NCBI GenBank assembly: GCA_910585915.1
Contig: CAJUGF010000004.1
Coordinates: forward strand, 1 to 61,130
Length of the DNA stretch: 61,130 nucleotides
Direction: 5' to 3'
DNA from: an uncultured Bacilli bacterium
GTDB lineage: Bacteria; Bacillota_I; Bacilli_A; RF39; UBA660
Shown here: piece by piece, positions 10,670 to 17,695 of the stretch
Numbering within the stretch: the first letter of the stretch is position 1
How the letters are laid out: each line of letters opens with the position of its first letter
Position numbers and translations under genes: made by a program
The notes under the pieces: generated by a model
Database searches by the model: none
Told to the model about the DNA's origin: nothing
What the model saw: the letters and a program-made list of their open reading frames with translations, nothing else

Positions 10670-10938
10670 TGTTAAAAAGTTACCCTAGCATTGATGTCCA
10701 TGGAGAAACAAGAGATACAGTGATCTACCTCATCAACCAATTTTTAAAAGATAATGTCATTATGAACAAAAGAAATGTAGTAATCATACATGGGAAGGGA
10801 GAAGGAATTTTACGAAAAGCAGTTCATGAAATCTTAAAAAAATCCCCTTTAGTAGAAGAATTTCACCTTGATGGAATGAACCTTGGGGCCACAGAAGTAA
10901 TATTAAAAATAAAGTCTAAATTTGACGAATCATTATAA
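10666..10938 (+). CDS. Smr (small MutS-related) domain protein
   Basis: IDVHGETRD...VVIIHGKGEGILRKAVHEIL matches Smr domain pattern. Confidence 0.75.
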   Translation: MMLKSYPSIDVHGETRDTVIYLINQFLKDNVIMNKRNVVIIHGKGEGILRKAVHEILKKSPLVEEFHLDGMNLGATEVILKIKSKFDESL

Positions 10939-10987
10939 AGGTGTTATAATAAAAAAGCAATAGGGAAAAGTATATATAGACATAAAT

Positions 10988-11016
10988 TTGACATTTTGTT
11001 TCTTTTGTGCTATAAT
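10988..11016 (+). promoter_or_regulatory. sigma-A-type promoter (TTGACA-N17-TGcTATAAT)
   Basis: Perfect -35 10988-10993, 17-nt spacer, extended -10 TATAAT 11011-11016, upstream of ORF 11050. Confidence 0.55.
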
Positions 11017-11049
11017 TAGCATATCAAAGAAATTTGAGGGGGTTTAAAA

Positions 11050-11469
11050 ATGAAAGGTTATGTTTTAGATTATATTGATGAAAATGAATTTCGTAAATTA
11101 GAAAGAGCTTTAAAGAAATATAATATGCTCGCATTCAAAAAATTAAATTTTGAATACTATCCAGCTCTTAGAAATGGAAATTTTGTAGGAGAATTAATAT
11201 CACAAAATAAAAAAGCTGGAACAGAAACATATGAGCTAAAATTGCCAAGTGACAAAATGTTTGCTCAAGTACATGGAGAAGTAAAACTAATTTATACAGT
11301 ATACAAAAAAGATGAAACTATTATGCTTGATAAAATTACTCCAACAGACATTTTATTAGAAGGTCATAAATCTGAATTAACTACTTATAAAGGAATTATG
11401 ATTTCTAAAGCGAATGCTTCTAAGGACATTTTTAAAATAGATTTATTAAATATGCTACAAGATAAGTAA
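11050..11469 (+). CDS. hypothetical protein
   Basis: 139-aa ORF with GAGGGGG RBS; no motif recognised. Confidence 0.55.
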   Translation: MKGYVLDYIDENEFRKLERALKKYNMLAFKKLNFEYYPALRNGNFVGELISQNKKAGTETYELKLPSDKMFAQVHGEVKLIYTVYKKDETIMLDKITPTDILLEGHKSELTTYKGIMISKANASKDIFKIDLLNMLQDK

Positions 11470-11526
11470 TTTCTTATCTTTTTTTGTTGCATACAACCAA
11501 ACTTTGTGCTAAACTTAAGAAGTAGC

Positions 11527-11603
11527 GGACCTTTAGCTCAGTTGGTTAGAGCAACCGGCTCATAACCGGTCGGTCGTAGGTTCGAGTCCTACAAGGTCCA
11601 CCA
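11527..11603 (+). tRNA. tRNA with CAU anticodon (Met, or Ile2 if lysidine-modified)
   Basis: Hand-folded cloverleaf: acceptor GGACCTT/AAGGTCC, D stem GCTC/GAGC, anticodon stem ACCGG/CCGGT with loop CTCATAA, T stem GTAGG/CCTAC, encoded CCA. Confidence 0.85.
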
Positions 11604-11616
11604 TTTATTTTTAAAT

Positions 11617-11701
11617 GCAGGCGTGGCGAAATTGGTAGACGCACTAGACTTAGGATCTAGCGGAGTGATCCATGGGGGTTCAAGTCCCTTCGCCTGCACC
11701 A
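11617..11701 (+). tRNA. tRNA-Leu (UAG), long variable arm; prophage attachment target
   Basis: Acceptor GCAGGCG/CGCCTGC, anticodon stem CTAGA/TCTAG with loop CTTAGGA, long variable arm, TTCAAGT T-loop, encoded CCA. Confidence 0.88.
11676..11701 (+). repeat. attL core (GGGTTCAAGTCCCTTCGCCTGCACCA), 3' end of tRNA-Leu
   Basis: Identical 26-mer recurs at 53079-53104. Confidence 0.9.
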
Positions 11702-11779
11702 AATTGTATTATACAAATCCTTTATTTATCGGGGTTTGTTTTATTTTTGTTTGTTGTAGAACTTCTAAAAATACAATCT

Positions 11780-11800
11780 ACAACTAACACACAACTAACA
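11780..11800 (+). repeat. two tandem ACAACTAACA motifs (putative integrase arm-type sites, P' arm)
   Basis: ACAACTAACA at 11780-11789 and 11791-11800; same 10-mer at 53031-53040 inside the other prophage end. Confidence 0.5.
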
Positions 11801-11815
11801 AAAATTTTCTCCTTT

Positions 11816-12892
11816 CTAATATAATAAATTAATAGCTTCAACCAAATATTTAGCTTGCCTATGTGTATAAACTTTTTGAGTAATATCTGTGATAGCATGA
11901 CCCATGATAAGTTTAATTGTTAAATCATCAATCAAACTATTTGGGTGTGTAATTTTATAATCATCTAATCGAGTAGCCATAGTATGCCTTGCATCATATG
12001 GCAAATAATCAAATTCGAGTTTATTCATAATCTTTTTCCATAATTGACTAATATCATCATAAGTGGCTTTTCGATCATTTATCATAATTAAATATTTTTG
12101 ATTCATTCTTTTTTGTATAAAAGATTTAATTTTACGATGAACAGGAATAATTCTATTTTTACCAGCTTCTGTTTTACAACCGCCAATCATATAGTCTTCT
12201 GATATGTTTATATTAGAAGTTTCAATATCTATTAATTCTTGGGGACGTAATCCAGTATATAACATGATTAAAACAACTTCTAAATCATTTTCTGGCATGG
12301 ATTGATACAAATTCCATACTTTATCAAAATCACTTTCAGAAAACGATTTATGCATATCAGATTTTGTTCTTTTTCCAGTTTCTAGCTTATTAGGAAAATC
12401 TAAGTCTAATTTAATCCCTAATTCAAGTTTTGCATATTCAAACATTTTTATATAAAGAGTTTTTATATAACCTTTTGTTGTTTGAGCAAAAGGACAATTA
12501 TCCAAAGTGTCTTGCATTTCCTTATACGTTAAATCCATAATATTCCTCTTTGCAACAGTTTGACAATGATTTTTATATACTGACTTAAATCTATTGCAAT
12601 TGCTTTTAGACATCTTTTCATCATCAACCATTTTTTGTATTTTTTCGATAGTCAAATTATAGACGTAATCAACCGTAATTTTTTTGTGGTCTATGTCATA
12701 TGGATCTTTGTTATACTCCAAAAGCATTTCTAATCCTTCTTTTTTAGTTGTAGCATAACCAATTATTTTTTTTAATTGTTTTCCTTTTTCGTCCCAACCA
12801 AAAGTTTTGGCTACTGCGTAAGGTCGACGACGATTACCAGAAAGTTTATAGATACTTCCATAACCATTAGGAAGTCTAAAACTTTTTCCCAT
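11816..12892 (-). CDS. int: tyrosine integrase
   Basis: Catalytic R (YTGLRPQEL), HxxR (DARHTMAT), GH...Y (MGHA..TQKVYTH); adjacent to attL; GAGAGGA RBS. Confidence 0.92.
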   Translation of the reverse strand: MGKSFRLPNGYGSIYKLSGNRRRPYAVAKTFGWDEKGKQLKKIIGYATTKKEGLEMLLEYNKDPYDIDHKKITVDYVYNLTIEKIQKMVDDEKMSKSNCNRFKSVYKNHCQTVAKRNIMDLTYKEMQDTLDNCPFAQTTKGYIKTLYIKMFEYAKLELGIKLDLDFPNKLETGKRTKSDMHKSFSESDFDKVWNLYQSMPENDLEVVLIMLYTGLRPQELIDIETSNINISEDYMIGGCKTEAGKNRIIPVHRKIKSFIQKRMNQKYLIMINDRKATYDDISQLWKKIMNKLEFDYLPYDARHTMATRLDDYKITHPNSLIDDLTIKLIMGHAITDITQKVYTHRQAKYLVEAINLLY

Positions 12893-12910
12893 AATATTTT
12901 CCTCTCATTC

Positions 12911-13030
12911 TTTACAATATTTTGTTTTTATTTTATAATGAGAGCATAGAAAAGCCTCATTTGAACGTGTGTGTTTTTCTTAGGAGTATTCTATGCTCCG
13001 TGACTCATGTTACCGCATGAGTCTTTTTTT
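12911..13030 (+). ncRNA. candidate small RNA antisense to the int leader (promoter + ~85-nt transcript + terminator)
   Basis: TTTACA(12911)-N17-TATAAT(12934); 10-bp inverted repeat GAGCATAGAA/TTCTATGCTC (12942-51/12989-98); terminator GACTCATG-N6-CATGAGTC-T7 (13002-13030); no ORF. Confidence 0.35.
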
Positions 13031-13034
13031 GATT

Positions 13035-13066
13035 AAAAAAGGATAGATCTTTTAGAAGAACTATCC
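13035..13066 (-). terminator. intrinsic terminator of the lysogeny operon
   Basis: On minus strand GGATAG-N14-CTATCC followed by T6, ~70 nt after the MazF-like stop. Confidence 0.55.
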
Positions 13067-13134
13067 TAACTGGGTCGTATAGACCTTTGATTAACAAATG
13101 GACAAAAAATTGCCTTTGTTAGTCGTATTATACA

Positions 13135-13848
13135 CTAATCAGAGTCTGAAGTCAAATTGAAGGTAAATCGCTTTTTTATTTCTTCATCGATCATGTTCAT
13201 GATTTCATTTGAACATCTGGCTCTTCCTATTATATCATATTCATTAATTGGTAAAAATATTCGTTCTTTTGATATAGTTGTAATTAAACTACAGCAAGCA
13301 TGAGTTCCTTTTACGCTACTTTGATAATAAGATAATAGGTTAGTAAGTTTGTTCAATTTAGTTTTTTCTTCTATAGTTAAATCTTGATTTTTATTTAATT
13401 TTTCCTCAATAGGTTGAAATTCCTTTTTTACTTTATTGATTAATATATCAATAACCAAAGTTCCAAGGTATAAGTTCAGTTTATTTGACTTAGATGTTAA
13501 AGGAACTACAGTCAAAACATTATTCATTGGATTATCATAATTATTTAACACAATTGCAAAATGTATCTGTGACATTTCTGATCCTATACCAATACCAAAG
13601 TCAGTTTTGATTATTGTTCCTCTTTGATACGTTCTAAAACGCTGTCGTTTTAGGTTTTCGGGTTCTTCCATTTGTATGGCTAAGATGTTCGCCTCTTTTT
13701 CTAATAATTTTGACTTTTTTAAAAGCCATTCATCAAGATATGAAAATTTATAAGGCAAATTCTTATCTATTATTTTATGATAATTATTGTAAGATTTATC
13801 TAATCTAATTTTTTCGTGCAGTTTCTTTTCTTCAATTTCTGTATTCAT
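13135..13848 (-). CDS. long MazF/PemK-like endoribonuclease-fold protein (orphan toxin-like)
   Basis: Core YQRGTIIKTDFGIGIGSEMSQIHFAIVL..VLTVVPLTSK and C-terminal LITTISKERIF...IGR match the MazF/PemK pattern; extra ~70-aa N-extension and ~55-aa coiled-coil insert. Confidence 0.65.
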   Translation of the reverse strand: MNTEIEEKKLHEKIRLDKSYNNYHKIIDKNLPYKFSYLDEWLLKKSKLLEKEANILAIQMEEPENLKRQRFRTYQRGTIIKTDFGIGIGSEMSQIHFAIVLNNYDNPMNNVLTVVPLTSKSNKLNLYLGTLVIDILINKVKKEFQPIEEKLNKNQDLTIEEKTKLNKLTNLLSYYQSSVKGTHACCSLITTISKERIFLPINEYDIIGRARCSNEIMNMIDEEIKKRFTFNLTSDSD

Positions 13849-13881
13849 GTCTCACTTCTTTTCATATTTTTTTAAAATAGT

Positions 13882-14247
13882 CTAATTATTACATGAAGTA
13901 GTAGCAATATTTGCAGATTCAATTACACTTAAGTTGCTACTATCTCCATATGCATATAATTCTCCATTTGAAATCCATATTTCGTGTTTTCCTGATGGAT
14001 ATTCGTAGTAAACAGATCCTATATATCCATCCTTATTAATTGAATAACATATTTCATTAATATTTTCATTAGTCATTCTTTTTCTAACCAATTCTTTTTT
14101 TGCATCATTAGCAAAATTTTGAGCCTGTATTTTTATAATGTTTTTATTACCTTTTATTTTTGAAGTATCTATGTTGTATTTTGTAGCTATCAATCCAATT
14201 GAAAAAATTATTAAGATTAAGACTCCAAAAATCAGTTTCTTTAACAT
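13882..14247 (-). CDS. membrane-anchored/secreted small protein (superinfection-exclusion candidate)
   Basis: N-terminal hydrophobic helix LIFGVLILIIFSIGLIA; lies in lysogeny operon. Confidence 0.55.
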   Translation of the reverse strand: MLKKLIFGVLILIIFSIGLIATKYNIDTSKIKGNKNIIKIQAQNFANDAKKELVRKRMTNENINEICYSINKDGYIGSVYYEYPSGKHEIWISNGELYAYGDSSNLSVIESANIATTSCNN

Positions 14248-14297
14248 AATCCCACACTTCTTTCTTTATTTCTTCTGATATTTTTTAAATTTCAAAC

Positions 14298-14570
14298 TCA
14301 TGCTTTTAAATCTTTTTGCTTTGTTTTCCATGAATATCCGCAATTTTGGCAAACTGCAAATTTTCTAATAACATTCTTTTTGGATTTTAAAAAAGGGAAA
14401 ACCAAAGATAGCAACATAACAAATATCCAAACAAGAATAGAAACACAAAATATAATTAATTTTGGAATAAAAAGTATTAACCTGATAATAAAATTTTTTT
14501 TCTTTTGAATATTGACTAATTGTATTGAAACATTTTCGCTTTTACATTTTGGACAAACCATATTTCTCAC
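14298..14570 (-). CDS. zinc-ribbon membrane protein
   Basis: CPKC...CQNC pairs flanking hydrophobic segments; in lysogeny operon downstream of repressor. Confidence 0.55.
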   Translation of the reverse strand: MRNMVCPKCKSENVSIQLVNIQKKKNFIIRLILFIPKLIIFCVSILVWIFVMLLSLVFPFLKSKKNVIRKFAVCQNCGYSWKTKQKDLKA

Positions 14571-14634
14571 ACTTCTTTCTTAATTTTTTCTTTTATCTTT
14601 GCTTAAGTTGGATATTGAAGATAATAAATTCATT

Positions 14635-15282
14635 TTACAACCTCGTTCTTTTTTCTCTAGCAATACCAATTATAGTTACTGGTTTGTTTTCGATTTGCTC
14701 TTTGCTAAATCTCATAGCAGGGTAGTTGTTGTTATAAGGTTGTAGAGTAATGCCTTCATCATCAATAAATACCTTTTTGAATGTAGCATCGTCTCCGTTA
14801 ACCATTACAGCACAATCTTTTCCATTTGCTAATTGATAATCTTCATTTTTTTCAAATATAACTATATCTTTGCTTTCATATTTTGGATACATTGAATCAC
14901 CACTAATAAATAATCCATAAAATTCCTTTTCTCCTTTAAGCCAAGATTTTGGAATATCAACGTATTCAAGAACATTCTCTTGAGCTTCAATTGGTATTCC
15001 AGCTTTTATTGTTCCTAATACAGGTATGTATACTACATTGGAATCAACTTCAATAGGTTTAGCATTATCGAAATTCAATGGAGGAAAAAAGTCGTTGACA
15101 GAAACATTAAAGTAATCTGCTAATTTAAATAAAATGTCATTATCTGTTTTTCTGTCGCCTAGTTCATATCTAGAAACTGCTTGAGTTGTTACATCTAAAT
15201 ATTCAGCCAATTCTTCTTGATTAATATTTTTAGATTGTCTTAATGTTCTTATTTTAGCACCGATATATTTATTTATATCCAC
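14635..15282 (-). CDS. CI-like repressor (XRE HTH + S24 LexA-type peptidase domain)
   Basis: N-terminal HTH (QEELAEYLDVTTQAVSRYE), S24 Ser motif GDSMYP and Lys motif FKKV; GTG start after AAAGGGGA; divergent from cro-like gene. Confidence 0.9.
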   Translation of the reverse strand: MDINKYIGAKIRTLRQSKNINQEELAEYLDVTTQAVSRYELGDRKTDNDILFKLADYFNVSVNDFFPPLNFDNAKPIEVDSNVVYIPVLGTIKAGIPIEAQENVLEYVDIPKSWLKGEKEFYGLFISGDSMYPKYESKDIVIFEKNEDYQLANGKDCAVMVNGDDATFKKVFIDDEGITLQPYNNNYPAMRFSKEQIENKPVTIIGIAREKRTRL

Positions 15283-15306
15283 TGTAAAATCCCCTTTCTG
15301 ACATAC

Positions 15307-15382
15307 ATATTAACAAATAATCACCAAAATGTCAAATTTATAACAAAAAAGTGTTGACAATTCACCAAAATGGAGATAATAT
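15307..15382. promoter_or_regulatory. divergent lysis/lysogeny switch: two TTGACA-N17-TAATAT promoters each with a TCACCAAAATG operator in the spacer
   Basis: Minus-strand promoter: -35 at 15330-15335, -10 at 15307-15312; plus-strand: -35 15354-15359, -10 15377-15382; operators 15321-15334 and 15362-15376. Confidence 0.7.
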
Positions 15383-15407
15383 GAGGATGTACTAAGGAGG
15401 TGAACAA

Positions 15408-15638
15408 ATGCAAATACGATTGATAATTTTAAGAAAAGAGAGAAAAGTTAAACAAGAAACATTAGCAAAATTATTAGGAATTTCCGTAAAACAATACAGT
15501 TACAAAGAAAATGGAAGATCTAAATTTAATGGTGATGAAATGTTTAAAATAGCAGATTATTTCAATCTAAAGATTACTGATATTTTTTTACCATCATATC
15601 ACCAAAATGGTGATATTCAAACTCAAGAATCAAGTTAG
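15408..15638 (+). CDS. Cro-like XRE-family HTH regulator
   Basis: HTH (QETLAKLLGISVKQYSYKE), 76 aa, AAGGAGG RBS, divergent from repressor. Confidence 0.85.
   Translation: MQIRLIILRKERKVKQETLAKLLGISVKQYSYKENGRSKFNGDEMFKIADYFNLKITDIFLPSYHQNGDIQTQESS
15597..15615. promoter_or_regulatory. third, fully palindromic operator TATCACCAAAATGGTGATA
   Basis: Perfect inverted half-sites TATCACC/GGTGATA around AAAAT, inside the 3' end of the cro-like gene; same half-site as the two switch operators. Confidence 0.55.
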
Positions 15639-15648
15639 GAGGATAAGA

Positions 15649-15729
15649 ATGAAAGAAAAAATAGTAATTGAAAACACCATTTATATTTTTGACGAAAACG
15701 GACTAACAATTGAAAAAAAGAAAGATTAA
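15649..15729 (+). CDS. 26-aa small ORF (below ORF-track cutoff)
   Basis: ATG six nt after AGGAGG (15637-15642); MKEKIVIENTIYIFDENGLTIEKKKD. Confidence 0.35.
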   Translation: MKEKIVIENTIYIFDENGLTIEKKKD

Positions 15730-15837
15730 TCTTCCTTTAATTCCTGGTTATCTATTATAAATCAAGAAAGAGAGAAAATAAAAAGGTTCGAATAAACCAC
15801 ACACGTTCAAAAACTATAAAAGAGAGGAGAAAAGACT

Positions 15838-16104
15838 TTGAGCAAAGAAGAAATTTTAAAATATGATAACGTTCCAGTTATTGTGGCTTCTAAATATTTA
15901 GATGTAGCTCCAATGTATATAAGAATGGGTTTAAGACATAATAGACTTCCATTTGGAAGTGCAGTTCAAACATCTGGAAAAGAAGATGGACATTGGAGTT
16001 ATCAAATTAGTCCAGGAGCATTGATTAACTGGAAAGAAGGAAAATCTTTGCAAGACTGGATTAATGAAAATAAAACATATTTAAAAACATTATTAAATGA
16101 ATAA
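15838..16104 (+). CDS. small DNA-binding protein (excisionase-like/HTH candidate)
   Basis: 88 aa, early-region position; TTG start after GAGAGGAGA; function inferred only from size/position. Confidence 0.4.
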   Translation: MSKEEILKYDNVPVIVASKYLDVAPMYIRMGLRHNRLPFGSAVQTSGKEDGHWSYQISPGALINWKEGKSLQDWINENKTYLKTLLNE

Positions 16105-16360
16105 AAAGGAGTTGAAGAAAGTGAAATTCAGAATAAAGTTGAAGCCTAAAGCAAAAGAAGTAATAGAGATGCAAAAAAAGACTGAGATGTCTGGTACACA
16201 AATCAGCCGAAATAAAAATCAAATGTAAATCTAAATTTACGGCTCAATTCTAGCAAAAATAAGTTGAGTTGTCAAATTTGGATATTGATCTTTGAAAACT
16301 TATAGATATGTGTAATTGTCAAACTAAGTACAAATTATTTTCTATCTTTATGGAGGAAAA

Positions 16361-16561
16361 ATGGACCAATTAGAAGTAAAAAATGACTTTGTAGAAATGA
16401 ATGTAGAAAAAAATTCTATAACTATGAAACCAATAAAAAAAGAAAACTACACGATAGAAAATTTAAAGCAACATTTGATTGAAATGCTTATGAAAAATGA
16501 ATACTATGAAATGTCAGAAGTGGAAGTTATCAAAGCATTATTAGAAAATGAAAAATACTAG
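16361..16561 (+). CDS. hypothetical protein
   Basis: 66-aa ORF with GGAGGA RBS. Confidence 0.5.
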   Translation: MDQLEVKNDFVEMNVEKNSITMKPIKKENYTIENLKQHLIEMLMKNEYYEMSEVEVIKALLENEKY

Positions 16562-16587
16562 ATATTGCGAGTATCTAGTATTAAGTA

Positions 16588-16794
16588 TTAATCTACAGTT
16601 ACAGTACGAATGTTTTTACCAACTTCAACAGACTTTGAATTAAGTCCTGCTAGTTTTTGATAAATAGTATCAATTGCATTACAAACAGCATCTGATGTTG
16701 TGCGAGTTGAGTTCTCATCTTTTTCAATATGATTTGAATTTAACATTGCAATAACAATATCTTTTGTCGCTGTAATTAAATCTTTATTACTCAT
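16588..16794 (-). CDS. hypothetical protein, opposite orientation in early region
   Basis: 68-aa ORF with strong AAGGAGGTG RBS on minus strand (16799-16807). Confidence 0.6.
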   Translation of the reverse strand: MSNKDLITATKDIVIAMLNSNHIEKDENSTRTTSDAVCNAIDTIYQKLAGLNSKSVEVGKNIRTVTVD

Positions 16795-16860
16795 CTTTTC
16801 ACCTCCTTGCCAATATTATAGCAAGAGAGTGTAAAAAGATAAAAAAGTTATGAAAGGGGG

Positions 16861-16898
16861 TTGATTATCTTGAACGTACATGATATCATTTATGTACG
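16861..16898 (+). promoter_or_regulatory. promoter TTGATT-N17-TATCAT bracketed by inverted repeat CGTACAT/ATGTACG
   Basis: -35 16861-16866, -10 16884-16889; 7-bp inverted repeat at 16875-16881 and 16892-16898 straddles the -10. Confidence 0.5.
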
Positions 16899-16917
16899 GA
16901 CAAGATAGGAAGGTGAT

Positions 16918-17082
16918 ATGATAAAAGGTAGTAAAAAAGAAAATGGCAAAGTAAAACGTATTTATTTAAGAACAACCGAAGAAGAATACAAAATGATTTT
17001 AGATGATGCCAAAAAAAACAACATGAATATGTCAGAATATTTACTATATTTAGTAAAAGAAAATAACAAAAAAATAAAATAA
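16918..17082 (+). CDS. ribbon-helix-helix (CopG/MobC-like) small protein, 54 aa, missing from ORF track
   Basis: MIKGSKKENGKVKRIYLRTTEEEYKMILDDAKKNNMNMSEYLLYLV: basic beta-strand (KRIYLRTT) followed by two helices, typical RHH layout; GGAAGGTGA RBS. Confidence 0.6.
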   Translation: MIKGSKKENGKVKRIYLRTTEEEYKMILDDAKKNNMNMSEYLLYLVKENNKKIK

Positions 17083-17237
17083 AAAAAGATAGAAATGTGT
17101 CTTAGTTTAACGGACAAGAAACACAAATCTATCCAGAGTCTGACCACTAATAAAGTGATCTTCTTAATTATACCCAAAATATGATTAAAAGGAAACCCTT
17201 TTTTAGTGGAAGACGTCTACTAGGAAAGGGTTTTTAT

Positions 17238-17534
17238 ATGAGAAAAGAAGAATTAGAACAATTAAAACAACAGATTAGAGAAGAAGTACGAGAAGAGATG
17301 TTAAGTCTCTTAGAAGAGAATAAAAAGCATAACGTATGGCAAGTTTATACAAAGCAAGAAATAAGACCTATTTTAGAAGAAAAATTAGGTACTAAAAAAG
17401 AAATGTGGAATATGTTAACAGCACTTAATACAATCGCTAGAACATATTGTAAAAAGTCTCAAGTAAGCAAGATTAGTGAAGAAGGCTTAGAAAAGGTAAA
17501 ACCTCTCATCATGCAGATTGTGAGCGAGTTTTAG
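17238..17534 (+). CDS. hypothetical protein
   Basis: In-frame ATG of track ORF 17181..17534; start sits 4 nt after a 9-bp-stem hairpin (AAACCCTTT/AAAGGGTTT). Confidence 0.5.
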   Translation: MRKEELEQLKQQIREEVREEMLSLLEENKKHNVWQVYTKQEIRPILEEKLGTKKEMWNMLTALNTIARTYCKKSQVSKISEEGLEKVKPLIMQIVSEF

Positions 17535-17695
17535 CTATGAAAAAAAGATTAAAACTAAAAGATTGTGTAAAAGATCTATTACTTGGAATCTATTTTGGAC
17601 TAGCAATGTACATATTTATTTTAAAAGCTTTAGGAATTTAAAATAAGGGGTTTTGGTTGAACTAAAAAATATAAGAAAGGATAACAAAATTTTGA

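Noticed and set aside
13127-13155. Minus-strand TTGACT-N17-TATAAT considered as a dedicated integrase promoter.
   Set aside because: It is kept only as a remark inside the sRNA finding. It lies upstream of the lysogeny-operon terminator, so transcripts would mostly stop within ~60 nt. TATAAT-like hexamers are also frequent in DNA this AT-rich.
16049-16066. 17 of 18 nt identity between TGCAAGACTGGATTAATG in phage ORF 15838..16104 and TGCAAGATTGGATTAATG at 3-20 in the RhuM-like fragment.
   Set aside because: It is short, both copies simply encode the peptide QDWIN, and the flanks do not match. It is most likely coincidence or a shared small motif, not a repeat element.
16962-17177. 71-aa minus-strand ORF in the early region.
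   Set aside because: It overlaps the plus-strand 54-aa RHH gene, which has a promoter, an RBS and a recognisable fold pattern. The minus-strand product is hydrophobic low complexity with no start signals.
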